DNA of 64,000 nt from Sulfolobaceae archaeon (GCA_038893355.1 JAWARQ010000004.1:32001-96000), one strand, 5' to 3'; positions 51,634 to 62,620 are shown, counted from the stretch's first letter. The notes: generated from the letters alone by a model not told the origin. Translations and numbers: made by a program.

Positions 51634-53328
51634 ATGAATGAAATAGAAGAGACGATTTATAAGTATGCATTATTGAATGCTGTAAAATATAACGGTAAAG
51701 CAGACTTAAAGGCTGTTAATAATAAAATATTTCAAGAAAGACCCGATTTAAGGAAAAATGCAAGAGAAATAGTTAAATTAGTTGAGCAGATCGTTGCAAG
51801 AGTAAATTCAATGACATTAGAAGAGCAAAGAAGAGAATTAGAAAGTAAATATCCAGAATTATTAGAAGGTGAAAAGAAAGTTGAAAGTAAGAAGAGTTTA
51901 CCACCCTTACCTAATGTTAAAGGTATCGTTATAACAAGATTTGCCCCAAATCCTGATGGTCCGCTACATTTGGGAAATGCAAGGGCAGCAATTCTTTCTT
52001 ATGAGTACGCTAGAATGTATAATGGAAAGTTCATTCTTAGATTTGATGATACTGATCCTAAAATAAAGAAACCAGTATTAGAGGCTTATGAATGGATTAA
52101 AGAGGATTTAGAATGGTTAGGGATAAAATGGGATGCAATAATAACGGCGTCGAGCAGATTGGTAAGATATTATGAGATAGTAAGAGAATTAATAAGTAAA
52201 GGACACGCATATGTCGATATTTGTAAGGAAGAGGAATTTAAAAAATATCGTAATAGTGGTTTAGCATGTCCTCATAGATCTCAAGATATTAATACTAACC
52301 TTGAATTATGGGAAAAGATGTTAAATGGTGAATTTAGAGAAGGTGAAGCAGTAGTTAGAATAAAAACGGATCTTTCTGATCCAGATCCTTCACAAAGAGA
52401 TTGGGTTATGATTAGGATAATTGATACTAAGAGGAATCCACATCCTCTAGTAGGTGATAAATTTCATTTATGGCCAACTTATAACTTTGCAAGTTCAGTA
52501 GATGATCATGACTTAAATGTGACCCATATTTTAAGAGCTAAAGAACATATGGCTAATACTGCTAAGCAGAGATGGATATTTGGCTATATGAATTGGGAAA
52601 TGCCTACGGTATTAGAATTTGGTAGGCTTAAATTAGAAGGTTTTATGATGAGTAAGTCTAAGATAAAGCTTCTACTTGAAAAGGGTATTACTAGAGATGA
52701 TCCACGCCTACCAACCCTTTCTGCGTTAAGGAGGAGGGGTATTTTACCTGAGACAATAAAGGAGATAATAATTGATGTGGGTTTAAAGGTAAATGATGCT
52801 ACTATTAGTTTTGAGAATATAGCTGCAATAAATAGGAAAAAGATAGATAGTATTGCCGAAAGGATAATGTTTGTAAAAAATCCTAAGCCTTTCATCTTAG
52901 ATATTCCCAATAAGATTACTGCCACAATTCAAGTTAGTCCTAGCTCTAAAGAAGTTAGGGTAATAGAGGTGGAACCACAAGATGTAATTTTATTAGATAT
53001 AGATGATGTTAAAGAGGTTAAGAAGGTTAGGCTTATGGAACTTTGCAATGTAGAGATTAAAGGTGATAGATTATTATACATAAGTAAGGATTTAAATGAT
53101 GCTAAGAGGGAGGGATTAAAGATAATACAATGGGTTAAGAAGAGTGAGGGAGTAAAAACTGATGTAATAATTCCTAATGGTGATGAATTAAAAATAGAAG
53201 AGGGATACTCAGAAAGCTATATTAAGAAGTTAGGTTCAAATAAGGTGGTCCAGTTTGTAAGATATGGTTTTGTTAGGATAGAAGAGATTAGAGAAGATAG
53301 AGTGAGGACCATCTTCTCGCATTCCTAA
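51634..53328 (+). CDS. gltX: Glutamyl-tRNA synthetase
   Basis: [25 protein letters not shown]. Confidence 0.96.
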   Translation: MNEIEETIYKYALLNAVKYNGKADLKAVNNKIFQERPDLRKNAREIVKLVEQIVARVNSMTLEEQRRELESKYPELLEGEKKVESKKSLPPLPNVKGIVITRFAPNPDGPLHLGNARAAILSYEYARMYNGKFILRFDDTDPKIKKPVLEAYEWIKEDLEWLGIKWDAIITASSRLVRYYEIVRELISKGHAYVDICKEEEFKKYRNSGLACPHRSQDINTNLELWEKMLNGEFREGEAVVRIKTDLSDPDPSQRDWVMIRIIDTKRNPHPLVGDKFHLWPTYNFASSVDDHDLNVTHILRAKEHMANTAKQRWIFGYMNWEMPTVLEFGRLKLEGFMMSKSKIKLLLEKGITRDDPRLPTLSALRRRGILPETIKEIIIDVGLKVNDATISFENIAAINRKKIDSIAERIMFVKNPKPFILDIPNKITATIQVSPSSKEVRVIEVEPQDVILLDIDDVKEVKKVRLMELCNVEIKGDRLLYISKDLNDAKREGLKIIQWVKKSEGVKTDVIIPNGDELKIEEGYSESYIKKLGSNKVVQFVRYGFVRIEEIREDRVRTIFSHS

Positions 53329-53378
53329 AAATTTAGATGTAAACAATTTTTTAAGCAAGGTAAAAATATTCTATACTT

Positions 53379-53407
53379 GCGTGACGAATAAGGAGGAGGA
53401 TGAACGC
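53379..53407 (+). promoter_or_regulatory. K-turn-like 5' UTR element of rpl7ae
   Basis: GCGT-GA...GGATGA-ACGC: closing stem plus tandem GA dinucleotides enclosing the GGAGG SD, directly before the ATG. Confidence 0.65.
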
Positions 53408-53791
53408 ATGCCAGCAGGAAAACCGGCTTATGTAAAATTCGATGTACCGCAAGAATTAAGTGAGAAAGTTTTAGAGGCTGTAAGAAAGGCTAGAGAGACT
53501 GGTAAGATAAAGAAGGGTACAAATGAAACAACAAAAGCAGTAGAAAGAGGTCAAGCTAAGTTAGTAATTATAGCCGAAGATGTACAACCTGAAGAAATAG
53601 TTGAACATCTACCTCTTTTATGCGAAGAAAAGAAAATACCTTACGTTTATGTACCTTCAAAAAAGGCTTTAGGAGAAGCATGCGGAATTCAAGTTGCTGC
53701 TGCATCTGCAGCAATAATTGACCCTGGACAAGCTAAGGATCTAGTTGACGAAATAATTAAAAGGGTTAATGAAATAAAAAGTAAGGCATAA
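53408..53791 (+). CDS. rpl7ae: Ribosomal protein L7Ae
   Basis: [25 protein letters not shown]. Confidence 0.97.
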   Translation: MPAGKPAYVKFDVPQELSEKVLEAVRKARETGKIKKGTNETTKAVERGQAKLVIIAEDVQPEEIVEHLPLLCEEKKIPYVYVPSKKALGEACGIQVAAASAAIIDPGQAKDLVDEIIKRVNEIKSKA

Positions 53792-54676
53792 TTATTTTTT
53801 ATTTTTATCAATTACATCTTGAAAATTTATTAATACGCCTGGAGTTTTTGTAGGTATTGATGATTGTATATCTTCAGAATAACTTACAAGTTCTGAAAAT
53901 AATTTGTTATTTATAATATTTAAAATGCCAAATACTTCATTGTCTTTTATCGGTTCAATAAATTCTACCTTTCTACCTTCAGCATAAAGTAAAAGAGGCC
54001 AACTTTTAAGGAACTTCGGAATTAGTATTTTTCCATTCTCTCTTGTTATTTCCTTTAAGTACGCTCTTATCCAAGATTTCATGTTTGTAATAATTACCAT
54101 TTCCCATTCTCTCTTTAATTCCTTTATTAACTCTACGCCCTCGTATTTGATATTATACTCATTCTCTTTGTATATTGATATTCTCTTAACTCTATCTCTC
54201 AATGCTCTTACTAACAATGCCGTAAGGATTCCATTACCTATTACTAGTAGATCGTCTGTGTTTATTTTTTCAATTATTTGTTTTACAATACTTAAATGCG
54301 GATAGAAGATTATCCTATTATCCCTTGCAAGTTCTTCAGTTATTGGTACTATCGAATCTTCTGGTATTATAGGTCTCTCTGCAAGAATACCATCTATTTC
54401 ACTACCTAGTCCCCCATATTTCTTAGAATAACCTAATGTTACTGCATATTTTCCCTCCTGAGATTTATCGGCATCTAACCCACTTCTAAGTATTTTTACT
54501 ATTCCAAAAGTACCTAATACTCTTTGGGGCTCTACCCAGAGTAATCCTAAGTATATTGCATTTTCTATTCCATCTAGTAATACCTTTTCAGTTTTTACTT
54601 GATAATAATCTCTGTATAATGGCCTTTCTACTACATCCATTACATTAATACCTTGGTTGAATATGATTGCTAACAT
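53792..54676 (-). CDS. Degenerate medium-chain dehydrogenase-like protein
   Basis: GroES-like N-terminus, DGILAE, VIGNG; no Zn-ligand Cys. Confidence 0.6.
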   Translation of the reverse strand: MLAIIFNQGINVMDVVERPLYRDYYQVKTEKVLLDGIENAIYLGLLWVEPQRVLGTFGIVKILRSGLDADKSQEGKYAVTLGYSKKYGGLGSEIDGILAERPIIPEDSIVPITEELARDNRIIFYPHLSIVKQIIEKINTDDLLVIGNGILTALLVRALRDRVKRISIYKENEYNIKYEGVELIKELKREWEMVIITNMKSWIRAYLKEITRENGKILIPKFLKSWPLLLYAEGRKVEFIEPIKDNEVFGILNIINNKLFSELVSYSEDIQSSIPTKTPGVLINFQDVIDKNKK

Positions 54677-54728
54677 TCAAATTCTGAATTCTATTTATCT
54701 TTTAATGTCTTTTGCTCTTATACTCTTA

Positions 54729-55049
54729 ATGAAAGTTGTGCACAATATAAGTAAAGAGGCTAGATCAAAAATTATAATGTTACTGCTTGAAAATAGATCA
54801 AAAGAATCTTTAGCAAGAGAATTAGGAATAACATCTACTGCAATTAACAAATTCTTAAAGGGAATAACTCATCCAAGTGATAATACTATAATTAAGGCAA
54901 TTAATATAGCTACTGAAGATGAGAAAGTAAAAATATATAAAATTATTATTAACGATTTAATAACTAGCTTAAAAGATTTTTTAAATACAACTGAAATACC
55001 AAATAAGGATAAAATTCTTAAAGAAGAAATAATTTCTAAACTTTCCTAG
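54729..55049 (+). CDS. XRE-family HTH protein
   Basis: LARELGITSTAINKFLKGITHPSD. Confidence 0.85.
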   Translation: MKVVHNISKEARSKIIMLLLENRSKESLARELGITSTAINKFLKGITHPSDNTIIKAINIATEDEKVKIYKIIINDLITSLKDFLNTTEIPNKDKILKEEIISKLS

Positions 55050-55413
55050 ATTCATATAATGGACAAGTTATGCATATATCATAATATTTTGTTACGATTA
55101 CTCTTTTAGTACCATCTGGAGGAGTATATACTGCATCTTCTGGTATCCCTATTCTTACAGGATCGGAAATATTCCAGGCGTTACAAATTCCATTATTTAC
55201 ATGTTTACATGTTCTTGATTTCCAAGATCCTTGCAATTTAGCTAATGATAACCATTTCTCTATTACCTCGAGTCTTTGTAAGATTTTTTTATGTTCTTCA
55301 GTATTTTCTTCTTTTAGAGACCTTAGGTTTTCCGCGAGATTTCTAACTTCACTTTCTAGTTCCGAAGCTGAAATTAATGTTACGTTTGTATTAAGTACTT
55401 CTTCTACAGACAT
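55036..55413 (-). CDS. Hypothetical protein, coiled coil plus Cys-rich domain
   Basis: CKHVNNGIC...CITCPLY. Confidence 0.75.
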   Translation of the reverse strand: MSVEEVLNTNVTLISASELESEVRNLAENLRSLKEENTEEHKKILQRLEVIEKWLSLAKLQGSWKSRTCKHVNNGICNAWNISDPVRIGIPEDAVYTPPDGTKRVIVTKYYDICITCPLYESRKV

Positions 55414-55475
55414 GTTAAATATCTGTTGTAATATCCTTTTTAAGCAGTTTAGCTAAATTCTTGTAGTAGGTTACA

Positions 55476-56183
55476 ATGGTAAAGTCGATTTATAGGGATA
55501 GAATTAGTACGTTAATAGAAATTTGGGGATATATTACTCAGAACTATGAGAGTTTAGATAGAGAAAAATTAGTAGGGATATTGAGGGAGAATTATGAAAA
55601 GAAAGGCTTAAAACCATTTAGAGGGTTTAAAGTAGATAACCTTTACGAGAAGGAGTTGATAAGTCTTTATGTAATAGGTAAGGACGGTCTAAATTTATAT
55701 AATGAATATAAAGATTTATTTCAAAAATTATTTAAAAATGAAATAAACTATGAATATTCTTTAGAACTTATCAATCAAGATCCTATTGTAGCGTATAAGT
55801 TTCTAGGTGAAGATAAGGAAGGCCTAGCGAGAGCTTTAAGACTGGTATTTACTAGAGTAATATTTGAATTCGTACCAGAAGAAAGTTTATTTGAAAAATT
55901 GCGCAGATTATATAATGTAGAAGTAGATAGTATAAAGCATACTGCAATTAGCTTTGCTAGATTTTATTCAGCTTTTAAGATAGCAGAAGGGATAGCCGAG
56001 GGCAAAATAACAAATAAAACTGTTTTGGACGCTACACGAAAGGCTTTAGCTATAAGTATTGGAATAAAATATCCATTACCTAAAGACAGTTATATCCAGC
56101 TGATAGCTAAAGAAGTATTTAATGTATCGGATAATTTAATTAAGAGAAGTTTTTCGAATTTCAAGATTATTAAGAAGAGATAA
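55476..56183 (+). CDS. DUF2192 protein
   Basis: KPFRG, YEKELISLYVIGK, ARFYSAFKIAE. Confidence 0.75.
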   Translation: MVKSIYRDRISTLIEIWGYITQNYESLDREKLVGILRENYEKKGLKPFRGFKVDNLYEKELISLYVIGKDGLNLYNEYKDLFQKLFKNEINYEYSLELINQDPIVAYKFLGEDKEGLARALRLVFTRVIFEFVPEESLFEKLRRLYNVEVDSIKHTAISFARFYSAFKIAEGIAEGKITNKTVLDATRKALAISIGIKYPLPKDSYIQLIAKEVFNVSDNLIKRSFSNFKIIKKR

Positions 56184-56218
56184 CATTATAGTCCCAAATA
56201 TTATAATTATAATTTAGA

Positions 56219-57112
56219 ATGCAGAATCTAAGCTTAACCCAACGTGAGATTTTACTAGCATTGATAGAATTATATAATAGAACAAAGAGGATGATAAAGA
56301 GTAAGGAAATTGCAGAGATGATAGGTAAAGATGAAGGTACAGTAAGGAATATTGTACTCAGTCTAAAGGTACTTGGATTAATAGAATCTAAGCCAGGTCC
56401 TAATGGGGGTTATATTCCTACTTTAAAGGCCTATGAAATAATTAAAAATCCTACAATAGTACCTACAATAGATAAGTTAAGTGTCTATAAGGGTATTTTA
56501 GAATTAGATATTAAGGTAAAAAATATTGAAATATTAGATATAACAAATCCTAGTAGTAATAAAGTTATATTGAAGGCTAGCGGTGATTTAAAAAAGATTA
56601 AGGTTGGAGATAATATAAGAATAGGGCCTACACCGTATACTAGACTTATTATAGAAGGTATTGTATTAGAGGTAGACGAGGATAGAGGAGAGGTAGTCGT
56701 TGATGTCCGAAGAATGGTCAGTATACCAAGATTTAAAGTTAAGAACTTAATAGCAAGAAATCTTGTAGTTCTAAAGCCAGAAATGAAATTGAAAGAAGCT
56801 TCACTTATATTCTATAAAGAAGGAATTAGAGGTGCTCCAGTAGTTAATAATGAGAATAAAGTTATAGGAATTTTGACAATGGCTGATATAATAAAGGCGT
56901 TTTTTGAAGGAAATTATGATGCGCTTGTTAGTGATTATATGAAGACTAATGTAATAACTATTAAAGATGAAGATGATATATTAGACGCTATAAGGAAAAT
57001 GTTAATATATAATGTAGGAAGACTAGTAGTAGTAGATTCACAACAACAAACTGTTGGTATAATAACCAGGACAGATATTTTAAGGAATATAGCTGGGATA
57101 GAAGGGATATGA
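56219..57112 (+). CDS. wHTH plus tandem CBS domain transcriptional regulator
   Basis: EIAEMIGKDEGTVRN, GPNGGY, two CBS domains. Confidence 0.88.
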   Translation: MQNLSLTQREILLALIELYNRTKRMIKSKEIAEMIGKDEGTVRNIVLSLKVLGLIESKPGPNGGYIPTLKAYEIIKNPTIVPTIDKLSVYKGILELDIKVKNIEILDITNPSSNKVILKASGDLKKIKVGDNIRIGPTPYTRLIIEGIVLEVDEDRGEVVVDVRRMVSIPRFKVKNLIARNLVVLKPEMKLKEASLIFYKEGIRGAPVVNNENKVIGILTMADIIKAFFEGNYDALVSDYMKTNVITIKDEDDILDAIRKMLIYNVGRLVVVDSQQQTVGIITRTDILRNIAGIEGI

Positions 57113-57450
57113 TAGAAAGGTGTGGTGTGGTAGTAGATAATACTTTCTATGAAATTAAAAATATAGCATCTAATCCCGAGAACGAATTCATAATGGATCC
57201 TATCGAGCTTTATAATATATTAAAAAAGGAAAATGCAAATTTACAATTTATTGTACACACTCATCGGGATAATTGTCTACCAAGTCATAAAGATTTGAAT
57301 AGTATGATGATATGGAGAATACCATGGATAATTCTTTCAAAGAATTGTGTAAAAGGATACTATTATTCAGTTTTCGGTGTACTTGAGTTCGATGTCATAA
57401 CCCTTTTGCCTAAGGAAGTCTATCACTCTCTCATGAAGCTCCTTGAGTAA
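57109..57450 (+). CDS. JAB/MPN+ (JAMM) metalloprotease
   Basis: E-RCG, HTH...PSHKD JAMM motif. Confidence 0.82.
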   Translation: MIERCGVVVDNTFYEIKNIASNPENEFIMDPIELYNILKKENANLQFIVHTHRDNCLPSHKDLNSMMIWRIPWIILSKNCVKGYYYSVFGVLEFDVITLLPKEVYHSLMKLLE

Positions 57451-59994
57451 TCTTCTTTTATCTTCAGCAAGTACTATATCTGCATATTCTTTAAGTATTA
57501 TGTTATGTGCAAAAGGACTAGGAACTGAATTAGGACCAATTTTCACTACTCTTATCTCCCCATTTTTAATCTTGCTCAAAACTTCCATTGCATGCTTTAT
57601 ATCCATGTAATCTTCTAAGATTTCCCTTATTGTCTCTTTAAGAATTGGAAAATCCTTAATTTCTTTAATTACTGATAATAATACCTCAGAATTTACTTGT
57701 CTTCTGTCAATACTAGTCTCCCTTCCTTTATACCTTTTTAATATCATAAAGGATCGTTCTGCACAATGTCTAAATCTTCTCTTTAAAAGTTCAGTTCTAA
57801 GTATTACATTACTTAAGACGTTATAAAGTTCGTTTACCTCTAATTTATTAAATACATCTTCTATATTATAATCAATTAAATCTGGAAGAATTATTGCAAA
57901 ACCGTTATCAGTTACTGATATCCTTATGTCTTTAGAGAGATCTTTAGAGACTACGTAGGCAACAGCTCTTGAGAGTGCATCGTTAGTTCTTCTTCCTACG
58001 AGCGTATGGAAAATGAAGTATCTTCTATCCTCTTCATCATCATATATTTCTATTAATAATAGCTCATCAGATGGTACTATCCCACCTGTAAAGAGATATT
58101 GCTCATAAATGTAAGTATATATTGATTGTGCTGCAGACTTCGAGATTTCATATTCTTTTTGAATATAATTTATTATTTTCTCAGCACTTATGCCTTCCAT
58201 TATCATCTTTGCTATTAGTCCTCTAAATTTTGCAATTTCTATTGCAGAATCATAAGCTAATGGTAACATTTCTGAGTACCAACTAGGTACGGTAGGTCTT
58301 TGTCCTTCTGCCATTCTAACTATTACCATATTTGGTCTACTTGTAACGAACTCATAAGTTCTTCCGCCTAGAACAAATATGTCTCCAGGGGTTAGTATTT
58401 CTACGAACTCCTCTTCAAGATTTCCAACATACTTTTTATCCTCAGTAAAGACAGGTATTTTTGCTTCATCAGGTATTGTCCCACTATTTCCTAAAAAGAT
58501 CATTCTGGCACCCATTTTCATCTTTATATTTCCGTCATCGTAAAGTCTAATTTTAGAATAAACCTTTTGATTCTCTAATTCATACCTTCCTGCTAAATAA
58601 TTAATTACGTTTTCGTAATCTTCTTTACTCAATTCCCAATAATTATAAGCCCTTTTTATTACTTCATATAATTTATCTTTGTTTATTGTAGAAATTAAGG
58701 AAGCAGCAACAATAAGTTGAGTAAGTACATCTAGTGGATTTTTTGGTATATGGATTTTATCAATTTTTCTTTCTCTAGCTAGTTTTGCTAAAACTGTACA
58801 TTCAACTAGATCATCCCTATCTACAACTACTATTCTACCTTTACTTATACTTCTAATATGATGACCAGCCCTTCCTATTCTTTGTAATAGTCTACTTACA
58901 CTTTTCGGACTACTTAATAAGATCACTAAATCAATATAACCTATATCAATACCCAATTCAAGACTAGTAGAAGATACAACTACTTTTAATTCTCCTCGTT
59001 TTAATTTCTCTTCTACCTCTAGTCTTATATCTCTGCTTAGACTACTATGGTGTGCTTCAATTTCATTAGAATTTATTATTGCTTCAGTTTCGTTTATCTT
59101 TTTAAGTTTATAAGCTACTTTTTCAGTAGCATGTCTTGTATTTGTAAATATTAATGTAGTTCTATGCTTTTTAATCTCTTCCAATAGGGTTTTATAGATT
59201 CCTTTTTCTATTTCATCTTCTGTTGAATGAATAAGATCTTTTACGGGTGTAATTACTTTTATATCTACTGGTTTCGAGAATCTCGCATCAGCTATAACGC
59301 ACTCTCCATCAATTCCAGTAAGAAATTTCGCTAATTCTTCTAATGGTGCTACGGTTGCACTTAATCCTACTCTAATAAACTTCTCTTTTGCTAAGAGTTC
59401 TTTAAATATTTCTAAAAGACCAAGAAGATATGCACCCCTTTTACTACTAGCTATCTCATGAATTTCATCGATTATAATCCATCTCACATTTCTTAGCTTT
59501 TCCTTGAATTTATATGAAACCAGGGAATTTGCAAAAGATTCTGGTGTAGTTATAAGTATGTGTGGCGGAGTTTTTAGCATCTTCTGTTTCTCATAAGAAC
59601 TAGTATCACTAGTCCTAACTGCTACTTTTATGTCTGGTATATTAGGATCGATAGATTTTATTTCTGATAGAGGTTCAATTAAATTTCTTCTCATATCATT
59701 ATTTAATGCTCTTAATGGGGAAATGTATACAGCGTAAATTTCGTTATCTAATTCACCTCTCTGTCCAAGTTCTATTAGTGAGTCTATTATCCCTAAGAAT
59801 GCTGCTAAAGTCTTTCCACTACCTGTTGGGCTTGAAACTAGAACGTTCTTCATTCTCTCTTTAATTATTGGAATAACCATTCTTTGAGGCGGTGTAAATT
59901 CTTTATATTTACTTCTAAACCATCTCCTAACAGGTTCTGTAAGTATTTTATATATTTCCTCATCGGGGTATTCAGTAGCATAAGTATAATTCAT
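57367..59994 (-). CDS. lhr: Lhr-family SF2 helicase
   Basis: SPTGSGKT, DEIH, HHSSL, SLELGID, QRIGRAGH. Confidence 0.92.
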   Translation of the reverse strand: MNYTYATEYPDEEIYKILTEPVRRWFRSKYKEFTPPQRMVIPIIKERMKNVLVSSPTGSGKTLAAFLGIIDSLIELGQRGELDNEIYAVYISPLRALNNDMRRNLIEPLSEIKSIDPNIPDIKVAVRTSDTSSYEKQKMLKTPPHILITTPESFANSLVSYKFKEKLRNVRWIIIDEIHEIASSKRGAYLLGLLEIFKELLAKEKFIRVGLSATVAPLEELAKFLTGIDGECVIADARFSKPVDIKVITPVKDLIHSTEDEIEKGIYKTLLEEIKKHRTTLIFTNTRHATEKVAYKLKKINETEAIINSNEIEAHHSSLSRDIRLEVEEKLKRGELKVVVSSTSLELGIDIGYIDLVILLSSPKSVSRLLQRIGRAGHHIRSISKGRIVVVDRDDLVECTVLAKLARERKIDKIHIPKNPLDVLTQLIVAASLISTINKDKLYEVIKRAYNYWELSKEDYENVINYLAGRYELENQKVYSKIRLYDDGNIKMKMGARMIFLGNSGTIPDEAKIPVFTEDKKYVGNLEEEFVEILTPGDIFVLGGRTYEFVTSRPNMVIVRMAEGQRPTVPSWYSEMLPLAYDSAIEIAKFRGLIAKMIMEGISAEKIINYIQKEYEISKSAAQSIYTYIYEQYLFTGGIVPSDELLLIEIYDDEEDRRYFIFHTLVGRRTNDALSRAVAYVVSKDLSKDIRISVTDNGFAIILPDLIDYNIEDVFNKLEVNELYNVLSNVILRTELLKRRFRHCAERSFMILKRYKGRETSIDRRQVNSEVLLSVIKEIKDFPILKETIREILEDYMDIKHAMEVLSKIKNGEIRVVKIGPNSVPSPFAHNIILKEYADIVLAEDKRRLLKELHERVIDFLRQKGYDIELKYTEN

Positions 59995-60041
59995 ACTTAC
60001 TAGTATTTTGTGATGTTACTACCTTATAATAAAGTATATTA

Positions 60042-61415
60042 TCATAATTCTTTGAAAGTGGTATAATAAAAGGTGTATAAATACGCTAGGGAATAATAAA
60101 ATAGCCAAAATGTAGTTAAGATAGCGCCCTTAATTAAATATAAAATCATCTCAATAAGAAAGACTATTCCAAATATAAGAACAACATATATCTCCTTACC
60201 CTTAATTTTACTTCCACCTTTCGGAGTTACTTTATAGGTTCTATTCTTCTTAAAAGCATTAATTATACTAACTAAAATAAATGGAGAGATTGCTACGGTA
60301 TAAGCTGAAACTTTTCCTAAACTCATAAAGCTATCCTTATAACCTAAACCCATTTGCTTTCCAGTTTTTATATAGATATAAGCATAAGCTGCTAAAGATG
60401 AGACCCAAAGTGCGAATAAAGGGGAGGATAATGGGTCATTAGTAATAAAGTATATAGATGGTAATAGTAACGCAAAAATAAAAGTAAATACTATAGGTGT
60501 ATATTGTATTAAATAAAATAATATATCTATTTTATATAATAGATTATTTAACGAGATAATATTGTTAAATCTATAAATTAGAGTTTCTATAGTACCCATT
60601 GCCCATCTGGTTTGCTGGATTAAGAATGAAAAGAAATTATCGGGAACTTCAACTCTAACTATGGATTCAGAGGCACAGATTTTATATCCCTTGCTAATTA
60701 ATCTAGCACCTATTTCAAGATCATCTTGTATTAAATAAGGATCCCAACCATTAACTGCTTCCAATATCTTCCGTCGAAATATTGTACCACATCCTACTGG
60801 GAAAATCTTTAATCCTAAATTATAACGCCCGATGTGGAGAACTGTAGAACCAATTTCTGTAGAAATTATTAAGCCTCTTATTAAACTTGATGGATGGTTT
60901 TTAGAATAACCTCTCCACTTTAATGTAACTGCATCGCAATCGTTTAGCCTCATTAAATAATAGGCTTTTATTAGAGAATCTTTTTCAACTCTTGCATCAG
61001 CATCTAACGTTAATATCAATTCTCCTCTGCTTTTTTTAAAACCATATAACAATGCCCCACTCTTGTAGCCTATTCTCTCCTCTTTCTTTCTTAAATAAAC
61101 TTTTACAAACTCATATTTTGAAATTCGTGAAGTAAGCTCTCTTATGTACTCATCATCATCATCTGAAACGACAATTACTTCAAGTTTCTTTTTGTCCCAT
61201 ATCACTTCATTTAAATTTTTTAATAAATCTTCTATTGTTTCTATTTTTTCATTCTTTGTAGGTACTATTATTGATAATGTAGGAAATTCAGAGATATTTA
61301 TATCATTTAGATTATAATATTTATTTCCAAATTTATATAATATTACCTGATTTATTAAGAAAATAGAAGGATATATGTAAATGAAAAACTGAAATACTAA
61401 TTCATAGTAGTTCAT
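60042..61415 (-). CDS. GT2 processive (cellulose-synthase-like) glycosyltransferase
   Basis: KSGAL, DAD, QDD, QQTRW, multiple TM helices. Confidence 0.9.
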   Translation of the reverse strand: MNYYELVFQFFIYIYPSIFLINQVILYKFGNKYYNLNDINISEFPTLSIIVPTKNEKIETIEDLLKNLNEVIWDKKKLEVIVVSDDDDEYIRELTSRISKYEFVKVYLRKKEERIGYKSGALLYGFKKSRGELILTLDADARVEKDSLIKAYYLMRLNDCDAVTLKWRGYSKNHPSSLIRGLIISTEIGSTVLHIGRYNLGLKIFPVGCGTIFRRKILEAVNGWDPYLIQDDLEIGARLISKGYKICASESIVRVEVPDNFFSFLIQQTRWAMGTIETLIYRFNNIISLNNLLYKIDILFYLIQYTPIVFTFIFALLLPSIYFITNDPLSSPLFALWVSSLAAYAYIYIKTGKQMGLGYKDSFMSLGKVSAYTVAISPFILVSIINAFKKNRTYKVTPKGGSKIKGKEIYVVLIFGIVFLIEMILYLIKGAILTTFWLFYYSLAYLYTFYYTTFKEL

Positions 61416-61965
61416 TTAATGGAAAAGTGAATTCAGGGATTATAAATCCATAGCTATGCCTAGTAGTCTTTGCCGGAAATACAACTCTCCTTTTAGCAAT
61501 CTCAATAATATATTCTCTCTCTACTTCGGGTAATTTATATCCTTCTCTATCGGATTTCTCTATAATATTGAATTTTTGTAATATAATATATAATTTCCAA
61601 TAAAATTTATAATAAGATTCTTCACATATTTTAAAATCATCAAAATTTATACATATATTTCCAATATAACTATAATAATTATTAATAATTTTTTTAAATA
61701 ATAATTTATTTTTTACTTTTATAAACCAATTTCCTACTTTAATTCTAGAATCTGTATAATCTATGTATATTACGGGAATTCTTTTTAATTTTAATAACCT
61801 TGATGCAAACCATCTATGATGCCCATCTATTATCACGTTAGAATTATAATCTACTATTATTGGCTTAAAGCTATTTGAAATTTTTATTATATTTAATATC
61901 TTTTCTAAATTATCTTCATTTACATCCTCATGAGGTAAAAGTTTGTGAGGTTCTACTAGAGCCAA
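61402..61965 (-). CDS. ParB/Srx-fold protein, SerK-like kinase
   Basis: LLPHE, KPII, IDGHHRW, VFPAKTTRH. Confidence 0.75.
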   Translation of the reverse strand: MALVEPHKLLPHEDVNEDNLEKILNIIKISNSFKPIIVDYNSNVIIDGHHRWFASRLLKLKRIPVIYIDYTDSRIKVGNWFIKVKNKLLFKKIINNYYSYIGNICINFDDFKICEESYYKFYWKLYIILQKFNIIEKSDREGYKLPEVEREYIIEIAKRRVVFPAKTTRHSYGFIIPEFTFPLNELL

Positions 61966-62620
61966 ATTTACAGCAATCTCTTATCACACAAGTATTGCAT
62001 AAAGGGCTTTTTGACTTACAAGTTTTTCTTCCATGTACTATCAATAGTAAATGGGCTTCTAATAGATTCTCCTTAAAGAACTCCTTTAATTTTCTAGAAA
62101 TTTCACTATAGCTATCTTTATCTGATGCTAATCCCAATCTAATAGATATTCTACGAATATGCGTATCTACTGGGAAGAATTCATAGCCTTTAGTAGTTAA
62201 TAATACTACATCTGCGGTTTTTTCCCCTACGCCTGGGAGTTCAGTTAATTTTCTTCTTGCTTCATTTGGATCAAGTGATAAGATTTTATTTAAATCGTTA
62301 TACTTATTTAATATAATGTTACTAAGTTCTTTAATATTTCTTGCTTTATTATTACTTAATCCGACAATTTTAATTAAATTTCTTATTTTTTCAATATCTG
62401 CTTCTGCTAAATTTTTTGGAGTAACTCCTATATTTAATTCTAAATTATAGTATGCCTTTATTGCAGATTTATCCGTAGTATTCTGTGAAAGGATAGTTGC
62501 TATTAATAATTTAAATGGATCTTTTGTCGTATTATAAACCTTTAACGATGCAAAATCTTCTTGATTAATTTCATAAACCTCCTTAAGTCTGGATATTATA
62601 ATCTTACCATCACATTTCAT
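61928..62620 (-). CDS. nth: Endonuclease III
   Basis: ILSQNTTD, HhH LPGVGEKTA, PVDTH, C-x6-C-x2-C-x5-C. Confidence 0.95.
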   Translation of the reverse strand: MKCDGKIIISRLKEVYEINQEDFASLKVYNTTKDPFKLLIATILSQNTTDKSAIKAYYNLELNIGVTPKNLAEADIEKIRNLIKIVGLSNNKARNIKELSNIILNKYNDLNKILSLDPNEARRKLTELPGVGEKTADVVLLTTKGYEFFPVDTHIRRISIRLGLASDKDSYSEISRKLKEFFKENLLEAHLLLIVHGRKTCKSKSPLCNTCVIRDCCKFGSSRTSQTFTS

